Assembly (NCBI GenBank): GCA_019358935.1
Contig: JAHHIK010000016.1
Location: 1 to 64,000 of the forward strand
Source of the DNA: Tolypothrix carrinoi HA7290-LM1
Lineage (GTDB): Bacteria > Cyanobacteriota > Cyanobacteriia > Cyanobacteriales > Nostocaceae
Direction: 5' to 3'
DNA: 64,000 nucleotides
The position numbers were made by a program, and so were the translations under genes. Each line of letters opens with the position of its first letter. Position 1 is the stretch's first letter. Under the pieces are notes generated by a model, which saw only the letters and a list, made by a program, of their open reading frames with translations, did not search any database and was not told where the DNA came from. Below, in pieces: positions 41,320 to 50,227 of the stretch.

Positions 41320-42168
41320 TTACCTATCTTCTTTTTCTTCTTCCTTCGTGTCCTTCGTGTCTTCGCGGTTCGTTAGATAAATATTCTTCGAGCGGGAAGA
41401 AAATAAAATGCTGTGCATGTTCACCACAGATCCAATAACAGCGATCGCCGGCGCTCCAAATCCAGTTGTCTCTACTTGCTCTACAATTGTCTTTAATTTA
41501 CCAATTAATTCTTCTTGATCCGGTCGCGTACCCCAACGCACTAAAGCGATCGGCGTTTCTAAATCCAACCCGGCAGAATGTAACTCTTGGACAATGTAAG
41601 GTAGATTGTGAATTCCCATATAAATCACAATCGTTTCTGAACCGCGAGCGATCGCATTCCAGTTTACCGTCGGTTGGTACTTCCCCGCTGCCTCGTGACC
41701 CGTGACAAATGTCACCGAAGAACTATACAAGCGATGAGTTAAAGGAATACCCGCATAAGCTGGAGCGGCGATTCCCGATGTAATACCGGGCACAACTTCG
41801 GTGGATATCCCAGCTTTCAGCAATTCTTCCATTTCTTCGCCACCGCGACCAAAGATAAACGGATCGCCACCTTTTAGCCGCACCACAACTGCATTAGTAT
41901 GTGCTTTATCAATCAATAACTGCGTAGTTTCTGACTGTAATAAAGAATGTCGCCCCATTCGCTTACCGGCGTTTATTTTCTCTGCGTTAGGATTAATCAT
42001 TGCGAGAATTGCCGGACTTACTAAAGCATCATAAATGACGACATCGGCACATTCCAACAAAGCTTTACCCTTGAGAGTCATTAATCCCGGATCGCCGGGT
42101 CCCGCACCGACTAAATAAACTTTTCCCAAATATTTCTTTTCTACTTCGTTAGTGTCTTCGCGGTTCAT
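41320..42168 (-). CDS. cobA: Uroporphyrinogen-III C-methyltransferase
   Basis: VYLVGAGPGDPGL and RLKGGDPFIFGRGGEE motifs. ATG at 42168 overlaps the upstream stop. Confidence 0.95.
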   Translation of the reverse strand: MNREDTNEVEKKYLGKVYLVGAGPGDPGLMTLKGKALLECADVVIYDALVSPAILAMINPNAEKINAGKRMGRHSLLQSETTQLLIDKAHTNAVVVRLKGGDPFIFGRGGEEMEELLKAGISTEVVPGITSGIAAPAYAGIPLTHRLYSSSVTFVTGHEAAGKYQPTVNWNAIARGSETIVIYMGIHNLPYIVQELHSAGLDLETPIALVRWGTRPDQEELIGKLKTIVEQVETTGFGAPAIAVIGSVVNMHSILFSSRSKNIYLTNREDTKDTKEEEKEDR

Positions 42169-42929
42169 TTGTGAATCAAATCCCAAATCAGATCGGCTAA
42201 TTCTGCACTTGCTCCCAAAGGTTCAGCCAGTTGGAAACGCACAGCAGGGAATTGTAATTTTAACTCTTGTTCAGAGCGAGCGATCGCATCTGTGATACCG
42301 CCAGCAAATAAAAAGTATGGCAAAATAGTAATATTTTTACAACCAGCACTCACCAACTCTTTCACTCGTGATTCTAAACTAGGAGCCACAGACCAATAAG
42401 CTGTTAATACTCCCAAATTCGCTGCCATTGCTTCGACTTGTTTTTTAGAACCAGGACGACGGCTACCATGAGTTAAAAGAATCCATCCTTGGTTGTAACA
42501 ATTTTCGCTGCTTTGGGCAATTTGCTTTGCTAGCAAATGTTCTACACCAGCATGACTACCTAAATATGGTTGCAACTCAATTATGATATCTTCAGCCGCC
42601 TGTTGAGCCAGAGCCACTTCACCGGGAATATCTTCCATTACATGCACCCCAGGCAGCAGAAATAATGGTAATATTTTTAGGCGATGATACCCATTCGCTT
42701 TCAGCATTTGGGCAAATCTTTTAATCTGCTCGTGCAAAGGTTCAGGCTTCAATTCTAAGTATGCAGTACCTACCAATTCGCATCTTGGCGGCGACATTAC
42801 ACCACCAATGATAGACCTTTGTAAGTTGCTTTCCAGCTTATTATTTACCAGTTTTGCCAATTGCTGCATAGCAATTTCCTGGCGCGGATCGCGACTTCCG
42901 TGAGACACCAACAGATATGCAGATAGCAT
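42165..42929 (-). CDS. sirB: Sirohydrochlorin chelatase (CbiX/SirB)
   Basis: Two HGSR motifs and PLFLLPGVHV. Confidence 0.88.
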   Translation of the reverse strand: MLSAYLLVSHGSRDPRQEIAMQQLAKLVNNKLESNLQRSIIGGVMSPPRCELVGTAYLELKPEPLHEQIKRFAQMLKANGYHRLKILPLFLLPGVHVMEDIPGEVALAQQAAEDIIIELQPYLGSHAGVEHLLAKQIAQSSENCYNQGWILLTHGSRRPGSKKQVEAMAANLGVLTAYWSVAPSLESRVKELVSAGCKNITILPYFLFAGGITDAIARSEQELKLQFPAVRFQLAEPLGASAELADLIWDLIHK

Positions 42930-43098
42930 TAGCGATCGCTTACTCAAAGCGCAAATTTTATATATCTTATCAAATTATTAAGTTGCGTAGACGCAAATCT
43001 AATTCGCGTCTACGCAGCCCTAACTATATAACCTGCAAAGCTGATAAATTAACTTTTAGGATAGGATATTCTCCTCTTCGTTTTCCTAAAAATTAAAA

Positions 43099-43782
43099 CT
43101 ATTTTGCCGCACCTGGGTCAGCAACGTAACGGAAAGTCGGTTCCGAATTCCAAGGACCGCGTTCATCCTTACCGTTGGTAGATAGGTTGTAGTAAATATC
43201 CACAGTGTTATCTGGTTGGATATTTCCAAAGAACGGGTCAGTTAACTTACCCAAAGAATCCAACGCTTTCATAAACATTTGGGTATGAGAAATTTCCCGT
43301 GTCAACAGATGAACGAGCGTATTTTTCGTTCCTTCATCAGTCGCTAGTTTAATCAAGGATTCGTATGTTTGACGTGCCCCAGCTTCAGCAGCAAGGTTAG
43401 CCCGCAAATCGCGCACTACATCACCACCTTCATTTACATAACTGGCACTCCAAGTATTACCTTGACTATCTAATAAGTGTGGTCCCATACCCCGCACTGC
43501 AAACAAAGTGCTTTTGTAAGCTTCAGTTTGGTCAACATTTTTGGTGTGAACTTCAATCAATTGACCCACCATTTCTAAGTGACCGAACTCTTCTAAGGCA
43601 ATATCTTGCAGCATATCGCGAATACCTGGGTCTTCGCAATGAAAGGATTGAGTCCAATATTGCAAAGCTGCTGTTAATTCACCAGTTGCACCACCAAATT
43701 GCTCTAAAAGCAGTTGAGCAAAGCGCGGATTTGGCTCTTTGACATCAACAGAATGAATCGGGTCTTTTTTGTGAAAAAACAT
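43099..43782 (-). CDS. Manganese catalase
   Basis: LLEQFGGATGEL, EEFGHLEMV and REISHTQMF motifs. Confidence 0.93.
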   Translation of the reverse strand: MFFHKKDPIHSVDVKEPNPRFAQLLLEQFGGATGELTAALQYWTQSFHCEDPGIRDMLQDIALEEFGHLEMVGQLIEVHTKNVDQTEAYKSTLFAVRGMGPHLLDSQGNTWSASYVNEGGDVVRDLRANLAAEAGARQTYESLIKLATDEGTKNTLVHLLTREISHTQMFMKALDSLGKLTDPFFGNIQPDNTVDIYYNLSTNGKDERGPWNSEPTFRYVADPGAAK

Positions 43783-44045
43783 CAGCGTCTCCCTCTCTTT
43801 TTATGGCACATTTCAGCATTGGAAATGTAATTTTTTTCACAAAATTACAAGTCATCTGGAAATGCTCGGCACACATCTAATCATGTTAGATATCACATCC
43901 AATCTTTACATGAACCTTGAGAATGACTTACTTGATAAGCATCTCTAACCAAAGTTTGATTTTGTCGATGAGAAAATGGAAATAAAAATAACTCTAAGAG
44001 AAGAAAGCGTCTTTGAAGGGAAGAGCAAGAAATTACGCTTCTTTT

Positions 44046-44426
44046 CTACTGCTGTTCGGCGCTGTAAGTATAAAAGCTTTCAAATGCTCCTACACTCTCA
44101 AATGTATAAGAAGGCAGCCATGAATTCAGTTTTAAATCTGTACGATAAATACTAAAAATAATAAAATCTTGCCGTTCCGTTGTGCCTGCAATAAGTTCGC
44201 GCACTTGTGGACTAGCGGAGTCTACTAGTTTATCGCAATCTAATTTAATTAAATTTTCTAACATCTTTGGTGTTTTTTTGCAGACATCGCTTTTTAAGTA
44301 TTTTGTCAACTGTTGCACGGCATATTCTTCATATTCCGCTTGACTGGGATTTGTCTTCGTCATCGTCACTCCCAAGAGAACTAGTCCTGCTGCCCCCACA
44401 TATGTCATAATTGTTGAGAGTCTCAT
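44046..44426 (-). CDS. DUF4359-like protein
   Basis: N-terminal TM, TNPSQAEYEEYA and FIIFSIYRT. Confidence 0.75.
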   Translation of the reverse strand: MRLSTIMTYVGAAGLVLLGVTMTKTNPSQAEYEEYAVQQLTKYLKSDVCKKTPKMLENLIKLDCDKLVDSASPQVRELIAGTTERQDFIIFSIYRTDLKLNSWLPSYTFESVGAFESFYTYSAEQQ

Positions 44427-44518
44427 TTTTCCTAACTGTTAATCACTGAAGTCTCTTGACTCTAGATTAACTGACTCCGTTCCTTAAACAAAAACTCTGG
44501 ATAAATTCGCCGGGGCTA

Positions 44519-44527
44519 TGTTATAAT
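44519..44527 (+). promoter_or_regulatory. Extended -10 promoter element of tRNA-His
   Basis: TGtTATAAT about 12 nt upstream of the tRNA. Confidence 0.65.
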
Positions 44528-44539
44528 GAATCGAAGAAT

Positions 44540-44613
44540 GGCGAGCGTAGCCAAGTGGTTAAGGCAGTGGTTTGTGGTACCACCATTCGTGGGTTCAAGT
44601 CCCATCGTTCGCC
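44540..44613 (+). tRNA. trnH: tRNA-His(GTG)
   Basis: G-1, acceptor stem GCGAGCG/CGTTCGC, anticodon stem gtggt/accac with loop ttGTGgt, T-loop GGTTCAAGTCC, CCA not encoded. Confidence 0.96.
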
Positions 44614-44614
44614 C

Positions 44615-45190
44615 TTATTTCAGAATAAGACCAACAGCACGGCGGATATATGCTTCGACTGGTTCAACGCTAGGCATAAATACCAGCGCGTAAAGCATGA
44701 TTCCGCTCATCAGGTCAAAAACTAAATCGCTATCTGTATCAGCGTGGATTTCATTTCTAATCTTAGCCCGCTCGATCGCAACCTGAAAAGCTTGGCGTCG
44801 TGGTAAAAGGTATTTTGTCCAATAAACTTGGGCAAATTGCGGACTGCTGGAAGCAGCACCGATAATCATCGCCAGAATTTGACGACCCAAAGGTGTGAGA
44901 GTAGTTTTCACCGCAATCTCAATAATGCAGTCTATATCGCTTGAAAGCGTACCTGTATCAGGTATTTCAATTTCTTCGCGAACACTTTCAATCGCGTCAG
45001 CCACTAGTTCTTCTTTAGAAGCATACCATCGATAGATTGTGGTTTTGCCAACACCAGCCGATCGCGCGATCGCATCAATACTCAGGCGATCGTAACCCAT
45101 CTGAGAAAGCAAATCGAGAGTTGCCTTGATGATGGCTTGATGAGATTCTGCACTGCGCGGTCTTCCTGGTTTTTTGTCTGATTTCGTCAT
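44615..45190 (-). CDS. TetR/AcrR family transcriptional regulator
   Basis: GRPRS..IARSAGVGKTTIYRWY HTH. ATG at 45190 is the likely start. Confidence 0.92.
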   Translation of the reverse strand: MTKSDKKPGRPRSAESHQAIIKATLDLLSQMGYDRLSIDAIARSAGVGKTTIYRWYASKEELVADAIESVREEIEIPDTGTLSSDIDCIIEIAVKTTLTPLGRQILAMIIGAASSSPQFAQVYWTKYLLPRRQAFQVAIERAKIRNEIHADTDSDLVFDLMSGIMLYALVFMPSVEPVEAYIRRAVGLILK

Positions 45191-45550
45191 GATTGGGGAC
45201 GCTTGGACGCTTAGATTAGGGATTAGGGACGCTTGGACTGGTGAGTCCTGCACAATTGTCTTGGTTTCCCTCTCAATCACAAAGACGCTTCGCGTTCACG
45301 AAGCAATACAGTTGAGTTAGAGAAAGGAAAAGGTGCAAAGGTGAATGTTTTAAATTTTATTTCACCTTTACCTTTCTCCTATCAGAGTCTATTCCACGCA
45401 ACCGAAAACCCTTATATTGGTACTTAGTCTGAAAAACTACACAATTGACATGGGGTAGCAATACACGGTACATGATGATTCAACAGTTAAATTTTTGAAG
45501 ATGAAAAATTTGATTAATTGCAAGTTTGATCAGCACAAGGAGGGGTGGTA

Positions 45551-46519
45551 ATGGATGCTAGCTTAATCGTTTCCAACATCCTGAATCCGCCAATCTTATT
45601 TTTCTTTCTGGGGATGACTGCTGTTTTTGTCAAGTCCGATCTAGAAATTCCGGCACCAATACCCAAACTTTTGTCGCTTTATCTGCTGTTTGCGATTGGT
45701 TTTAAAGGGGGAGTAGAACTGATCAAAAGCGGTATCACTCAAGAAGTAGTGCTAACAATGTTGGCAGCCATGTTAATGGCTTGTTTTGTGCCAATTTACA
45801 CCTTTTTCATTCTGAAGCTGAAGCTGGATACTTACGATGCGGCGGCGATCGCAGCAACCTACGGCTCTATTAGTGCTGTCACCTTCATCACTGCTAGTGC
45901 CTTTCTGGATGAGCTTGGCATTGCTTATGATGGCTACATGGTTGCAGCCCTTGCCCTGATGGAATCTCCAGCAATTATTGTTGGACTCATCCTGGTGAAT
46001 ATATTTACCGCCGATGGGAAGCGGGACTTTTCCTGGACGGAAGTCTTACAAGAGGCATTTCTCAATAGTTCAGTTTTTCTTCTAGTCGGTAGCCTCCTGA
46101 TTGGTGTCTTAACAGGAGAACATGGTTGGCACGTATTAGAACCCTTTACTCAAGGCTTATTTTATGGTGTTCTTACCTTCTTTTTGCTGGACATGGGACT
46201 AGTCGCTGCCAGAAGAATTAAAGACTTGCAAAAAACCGGATTTTTTCTCATTTCATTTGCCATACTAATTCCAATACTCAATGCAGGCATTGGGTTGCTG
46301 ATTGCTAAATTCATCGGTATGCATCAGGGAGATTCACTCTTGTTTGCTGTGTTATCTGCCAGCGCGTCTTATATCGCTGTCCCAGCTGCAATACGGATGA
46401 CTGTTCCAGAAGCGAACCCCAGCCTGTACGTTTCTACCGCTCTGGCAGTAACATTCCCGTTCAACATTATCGTGGGTATTCCGTTATATCTATACGGAAT
46501 TAACCTGTTTTGGAGGTAA
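45551..46519 (+). CDS. sbtA: Sodium-dependent bicarbonate transporter family permease
   Basis: KSDLEIP, YGSISAVTF and ASASYIAVPAA motifs, multiple TMs. Confidence 0.9.
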   Translation: MDASLIVSNILNPPILFFFLGMTAVFVKSDLEIPAPIPKLLSLYLLFAIGFKGGVELIKSGITQEVVLTMLAAMLMACFVPIYTFFILKLKLDTYDAAAIAATYGSISAVTFITASAFLDELGIAYDGYMVAALALMESPAIIVGLILVNIFTADGKRDFSWTEVLQEAFLNSSVFLLVGSLLIGVLTGEHGWHVLEPFTQGLFYGVLTFFLLDMGLVAARRIKDLQKTGFFLISFAILIPILNAGIGLLIAKFIGMHQGDSLLFAVLSASASYIAVPAAIRMTVPEANPSLYVSTALAVTFPFNIIVGIPLYLYGINLFWR

Positions 46520-46523
46520 TAAT

Positions 46524-46835
46524 ATGCACCTAGTTAAGAAAATAGAAGTTATTGCTAACGCCTTTGAGCTTGGCAAAATTTTAGATAGTTTAGACAAGTC
46601 AGGTGTACATAGTCATATTGTGATTCGCAATGTTGCTGGTAAAGGATTGCGAGGAACCGCAGAAGATTTAGACATGACAATGCTTGATAATGTTTACATC
46701 ATCGCGTTTTGTATGCCAGAGCAAATCAAGCCTGTACTCGAAAACATCAGACCACTGCTCAACAAATTTGGGGGTACTTGTTACATCTCAGATGTAATGG
46801 AGATTCGCTCTGTAAAATGTGTGGCGTCGCTGTAA
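46524..46835 (+). CDS. sbtB: PII-like regulator SbtB
   Basis: KKIEVI..IRNVAGKG PII fold, directly after sbtA. Confidence 0.85.
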   Translation: MHLVKKIEVIANAFELGKILDSLDKSGVHSHIVIRNVAGKGLRGTAEDLDMTMLDNVYIIAFCMPEQIKPVLENIRPLLNKFGGTCYISDVMEIRSVKCVASL

Positions 46836-46851
46836 GAGGTTGATAAATCTA

Positions 46852-47574
46852 ATGAAGCATTTCATAGAACGTCGTGACTTTTTGAAGTTAGGGGTTACGG
46901 GAGCATTTGGGATGATGGTAACTGCCGGTGATTTACTTTGGCAGGTCGAACAAGCTAAAGCCGCCGGATTGCCAAATGGCTCTTTAGCTACCCCTCAATC
47001 CCTTAGTGCCGATGCTGTGCTGCAAAAGTTGATCGAAGGAAATCAGCGGTTTGTGCAACATAAACCTGAATATCCCGATCAATCTGCGGCTCGATTGCAG
47101 GAAGTCGCTCAAGCTCAACATCCATTTGCAACTATCCTTAGTTGTGCTGATTCACGGGTGCCGGCAGAAATTATTTTCGATCAGGGTATTGGAGACATCT
47201 TTGATGTACGGGTTGCTGGAAATATTGCCACGCCGGAAACACTCGGCAGTATTGAATATGCGGTTGTACTGTTAGGCACGCCGTTAGTGATGGTGCTGGG
47301 TCATGAACGATGCGGGGCAGTCACCGCAGCTGTACAAAACGAATCGCTGCTGGGCGAAATTGGTAGCTTTGTGAAAGCAATCAAGCCAGCCGTGAAAAGA
47401 GTCAAGGATCAGCCAGGCGATGCGGTTGATAACGCTGTGGTGGCAAATGTGCAATATCAAATTGAACGGTTGAAGCGATCGAAGCTCTTAACTGAACAGA
47501 TCGAGGCGGGCAAGTTAAAAATTGTGGGGGGTCGTTATGACTTGGATACAGGCAGTGTGACTATGATTACCTAA
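46852..47574 (+). CDS. Beta-class carbonic anhydrase with Tat signal
   Basis: RRDFLK signal, CADSRVP and LGHERCGAV motifs. Confidence 0.93.
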   Translation: MKHFIERRDFLKLGVTGAFGMMVTAGDLLWQVEQAKAAGLPNGSLATPQSLSADAVLQKLIEGNQRFVQHKPEYPDQSAARLQEVAQAQHPFATILSCADSRVPAEIIFDQGIGDIFDVRVAGNIATPETLGSIEYAVVLLGTPLVMVLGHERCGAVTAAVQNESLLGEIGSFVKAIKPAVKRVKDQPGDAVDNAVVANVQYQIERLKRSKLLTEQIEAGKLKIVGGRYDLDTGSVTMIT

Positions 47575-47814
47575 TTAGGCAGAGGTTACAATACACACTG
47601 GCTATTCAGCCTGATTGAACTTGTACTTGGTGTAACGTTTCCAAAGTTCAATAATTTTGTGTGTAACGTTGGGTGTAATGTCAAGCTCGATTGTACTGAG
47701 TAGGTAAGGCTTCAGAAAAGTGAAATTGAGCGATAAATCGCTCACTACGAAAACATCAAAATTAATCACACATACCACTAAGTATGGGCAAGCTTGACAT
47801 TTACGCCGAAAAAT

Positions 47815-47831
47815 TACGATACTGTATCGTA
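47815..47831. promoter_or_regulatory. Perfect palindromic operator overlapping a promoter
   Basis: TACGATAC-T-GTATCGTA downstream of TTGACA (47794-47799). Confidence 0.65.
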
Positions 47832-47841
47832 TCGTTAGCAA

Positions 47842-48342
47842 TTGGTGCAAATTATGAGGCGTACTCGTCCCCAATATACCGATAAAAGCAGCACTCAAAC
47901 CCTACGGCAAGGAATCGAAGAGTTTTACGCAGTAAATCCACATCTGACCAATCCAAACGAAATGCCGCCGGATTTTGCGAAAATCTTAATTGCTCATGAT
48001 GTTACGCATGTCATCTTGGGCTGCGATACCGATATGTATGATGAACTGAGACTTTTGCCATTGTGCTTTTTAACTAGTGACTTCAAGTTTCGTGACTATT
48101 TACGGGAGCGAAAAAACCCGGCTGTTGATGTGATGTATAAAGACTTGGTAAAGCAACATGGGCTGCTGTGGTTGTATAGCTCAATATTTGTTGTATTGCC
48201 GCGATTATTGCCACAAGTTGTGGTAATGTGGTTCAAAACTCGCGGAACACGTAAGTACTATCCATTTTTCGACTTTGAACCTCTACTTGACCGTTCTCTG
48301 TTAGAGATTCGCTCCTGTTTTAACCTGTTACCACTGCTTTGA
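47842..48342 (+). CDS. Hypothetical protein with Coq4-like HDxxH motif
   Basis: AHDVTHVILG..DE. Start uncertain. Confidence 0.6.
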   Translation: MVQIMRRTRPQYTDKSSTQTLRQGIEEFYAVNPHLTNPNEMPPDFAKILIAHDVTHVILGCDTDMYDELRLLPLCFLTSDFKFRDYLRERKNPAVDVMYKDLVKQHGLLWLYSSIFVVLPRLLPQVVVMWFKTRGTRKYYPFFDFEPLLDRSLLEIRSCFNLLPLL

Positions 48343-48578
48343 TGCAGAAGACAAAATATTAACCGATCGGGGGTAATGCGATCGCGCTCTTTTTCTTTGA
48401 TTACCGTAAGAAGTGTCCGACAATAATTAAAGCCGAATGAATCTAAGAAGCTTTGCAAACTAAAGAATTAGCTATATTAACCAGGTAGTGAGAATGAAAA
48501 TTGACATACAGAGGTAAATTTTGGCTAATCCCGATAAAGTGGAATGAAAGAGAAACAGTTTGATAAAAAATTCAGGAC

Positions 48579-48839
48579 ATGGAAAATTCTGCCGAACAAC
48601 CACAACCTTTGAAATTGCAAGCTGCCGCCATTCGCAGTTTGCCAACTCTGAATTTTGGTGACTCTGGTGACTCTGTAAAAGTCTTACAGCGGCTTTTATC
48701 ACAGAATGGCTATCCTGTTCGAGTTGATGGCAATTTTGGTGCGTTAACAGAAACAGCCGTCAAAGCCTTTCAAAGCCGGCACAACTTAACTGCGGATGGA
48801 GTAGTCGGTTCGAGGACTTGGCGTGAGTTGACAAGCTAG
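48579..48839 (+). CDS. Small peptidoglycan-binding domain protein
   Basis: VKVLQRLL..DGNFGALTETAVKAFQ..DGVVGSRTW. Confidence 0.9.
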   Translation: MENSAEQPQPLKLQAAAIRSLPTLNFGDSGDSVKVLQRLLSQNGYPVRVDGNFGALTETAVKAFQSRHNLTADGVVGSRTWRELTS

Positions 48840-49431
48840 TTAACAATTAAAAATTAAAAGTTATTAACCCATCAATCAAATAAGAGGTTGGGAATTAGGA
48901 TGCGTTGTGTTTTTTAACAATATTAAAACACAATTATTTATTTTATCATTAATATTTAAAATTTATTTATTATAAAAATCTGACTCACCTACCACCCATA
49001 GTGCATGAAGGCAAAAGGGAGGAAAGCTTATTTTACAAGCTTTTCAACTGGATAGTTATTTATGCCACGCTGCAAAGCGCGATTTTTATGCTCTCAAGCT
49101 TATTGATGGGTAATAGGTTTGACAGAATTATTTTGCCAAGAGAGATAAAATTGCACAAAGTTTAATAATCGACTCATTAGACAAGAGTGACAAGTTTAGA
49201 GATTTAGGGATAAAAGGAAGTGAGAATTTTTAGACGAGACTTGTGTGTGAATAATCGACTTATCCGTCTATCCCACATTTTTATCAACCAGATATTACAA
49301 GTGCAAATACTTAATAAATGATTTTATCGCCAAAATAATTACATTTTTTTAACTTATAGCTACGCATTATTCCTGAGGAACAACTATTTTGTCTGTCAAG
49401 GGAAATATGGGTGTTAGTAAAATGAAATACG

Positions 49432-50094
49432 ATGAGTCATATTGGTCTGCTGATGACCGGTGTCTTAACAACAGGACAACCGTCTTTGCCCAAGTTACCC
49501 GTACAGCCATTATTTCAGTCAGACAAGCCGGTGCAGCAGTCAACAGAGGAGCGCTCAAATGATGTCGTTGCCGCTCCTGAAATCACACCGCCTGAATTCA
49601 TACAGCTAGATGGTAATCTCCAAGTCGCCCACTCACCGCTGAAGAAAGAGCAGCAAAATATACTAAGTGATTTAACGGAAAAAATCAAGTCAATACAATC
49701 TAAATTTTCCCATGTAGGAAAGGACACCGCTGTAGAAGGCTGGACGCTGGGGGAAATTTCAGTTGTTGCTGCTGTGAATTCTCTGATTATAAAAGAAGAT
49801 GAACAAAGTAGTGATGAGTTAGTTATTGGGCGATCGCGAAGTGTCTCCAAAGGAGAATCAAAAAAACTAAGACCAAAATTTATTAACCAAAATCTGCCAA
49901 CTCTGGGTTTTGGTAGCTCAGGTGTTTCTGTCAAAGTTTTGCAACGCCTATTATTATCTAACGGCTATGCTGTTCGAGTTGATGGAGTTTTTGGTGCGCT
50001 GACAGAAAGTGCTGTTAAAGCCTTTCAAAATCGGCGCAATTTAGGTGTGGATGGAGTTGTTGGTTCTAGAACTTGGCGAGAATTAACTAGGTAG
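49432..50094 (+). CDS. Peptidoglycan-binding domain protein
   Basis: C-terminal PG_binding_1 domain closely similar to the upstream paralog. Confidence 0.88.
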   Translation: MSHIGLLMTGVLTTGQPSLPKLPVQPLFQSDKPVQQSTEERSNDVVAAPEITPPEFIQLDGNLQVAHSPLKKEQQNILSDLTEKIKSIQSKFSHVGKDTAVEGWTLGEISVVAAVNSLIIKEDEQSSDELVIGRSRSVSKGESKKLRPKFINQNLPTLGFGSSGVSVKVLQRLLLSNGYAVRVDGVFGALTESAVKAFQNRRNLGVDGVVGSRTWRELTR

Positions 50095-50227
50095 TTAGGA
50101 GGAGCGGAGTTAGACAGAAGATTGAGCGATTTTATTTCACTCCTGACTTGTGACTTGTAACTCCGCTCCTTTGCGCCGACCGTACAGACGTTCCACGCTT
50201 TACGTCTCTACCGCTTTTCCTAACTTT

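Noticed and set aside
44600..44615. tRNA-His as the attachment site of an integrated element
   Set aside because: No integrase or duplicated tRNA 3' end was found. The cgttcgccc matches at about 38211 and 38246 belong to small dispersed repeats.
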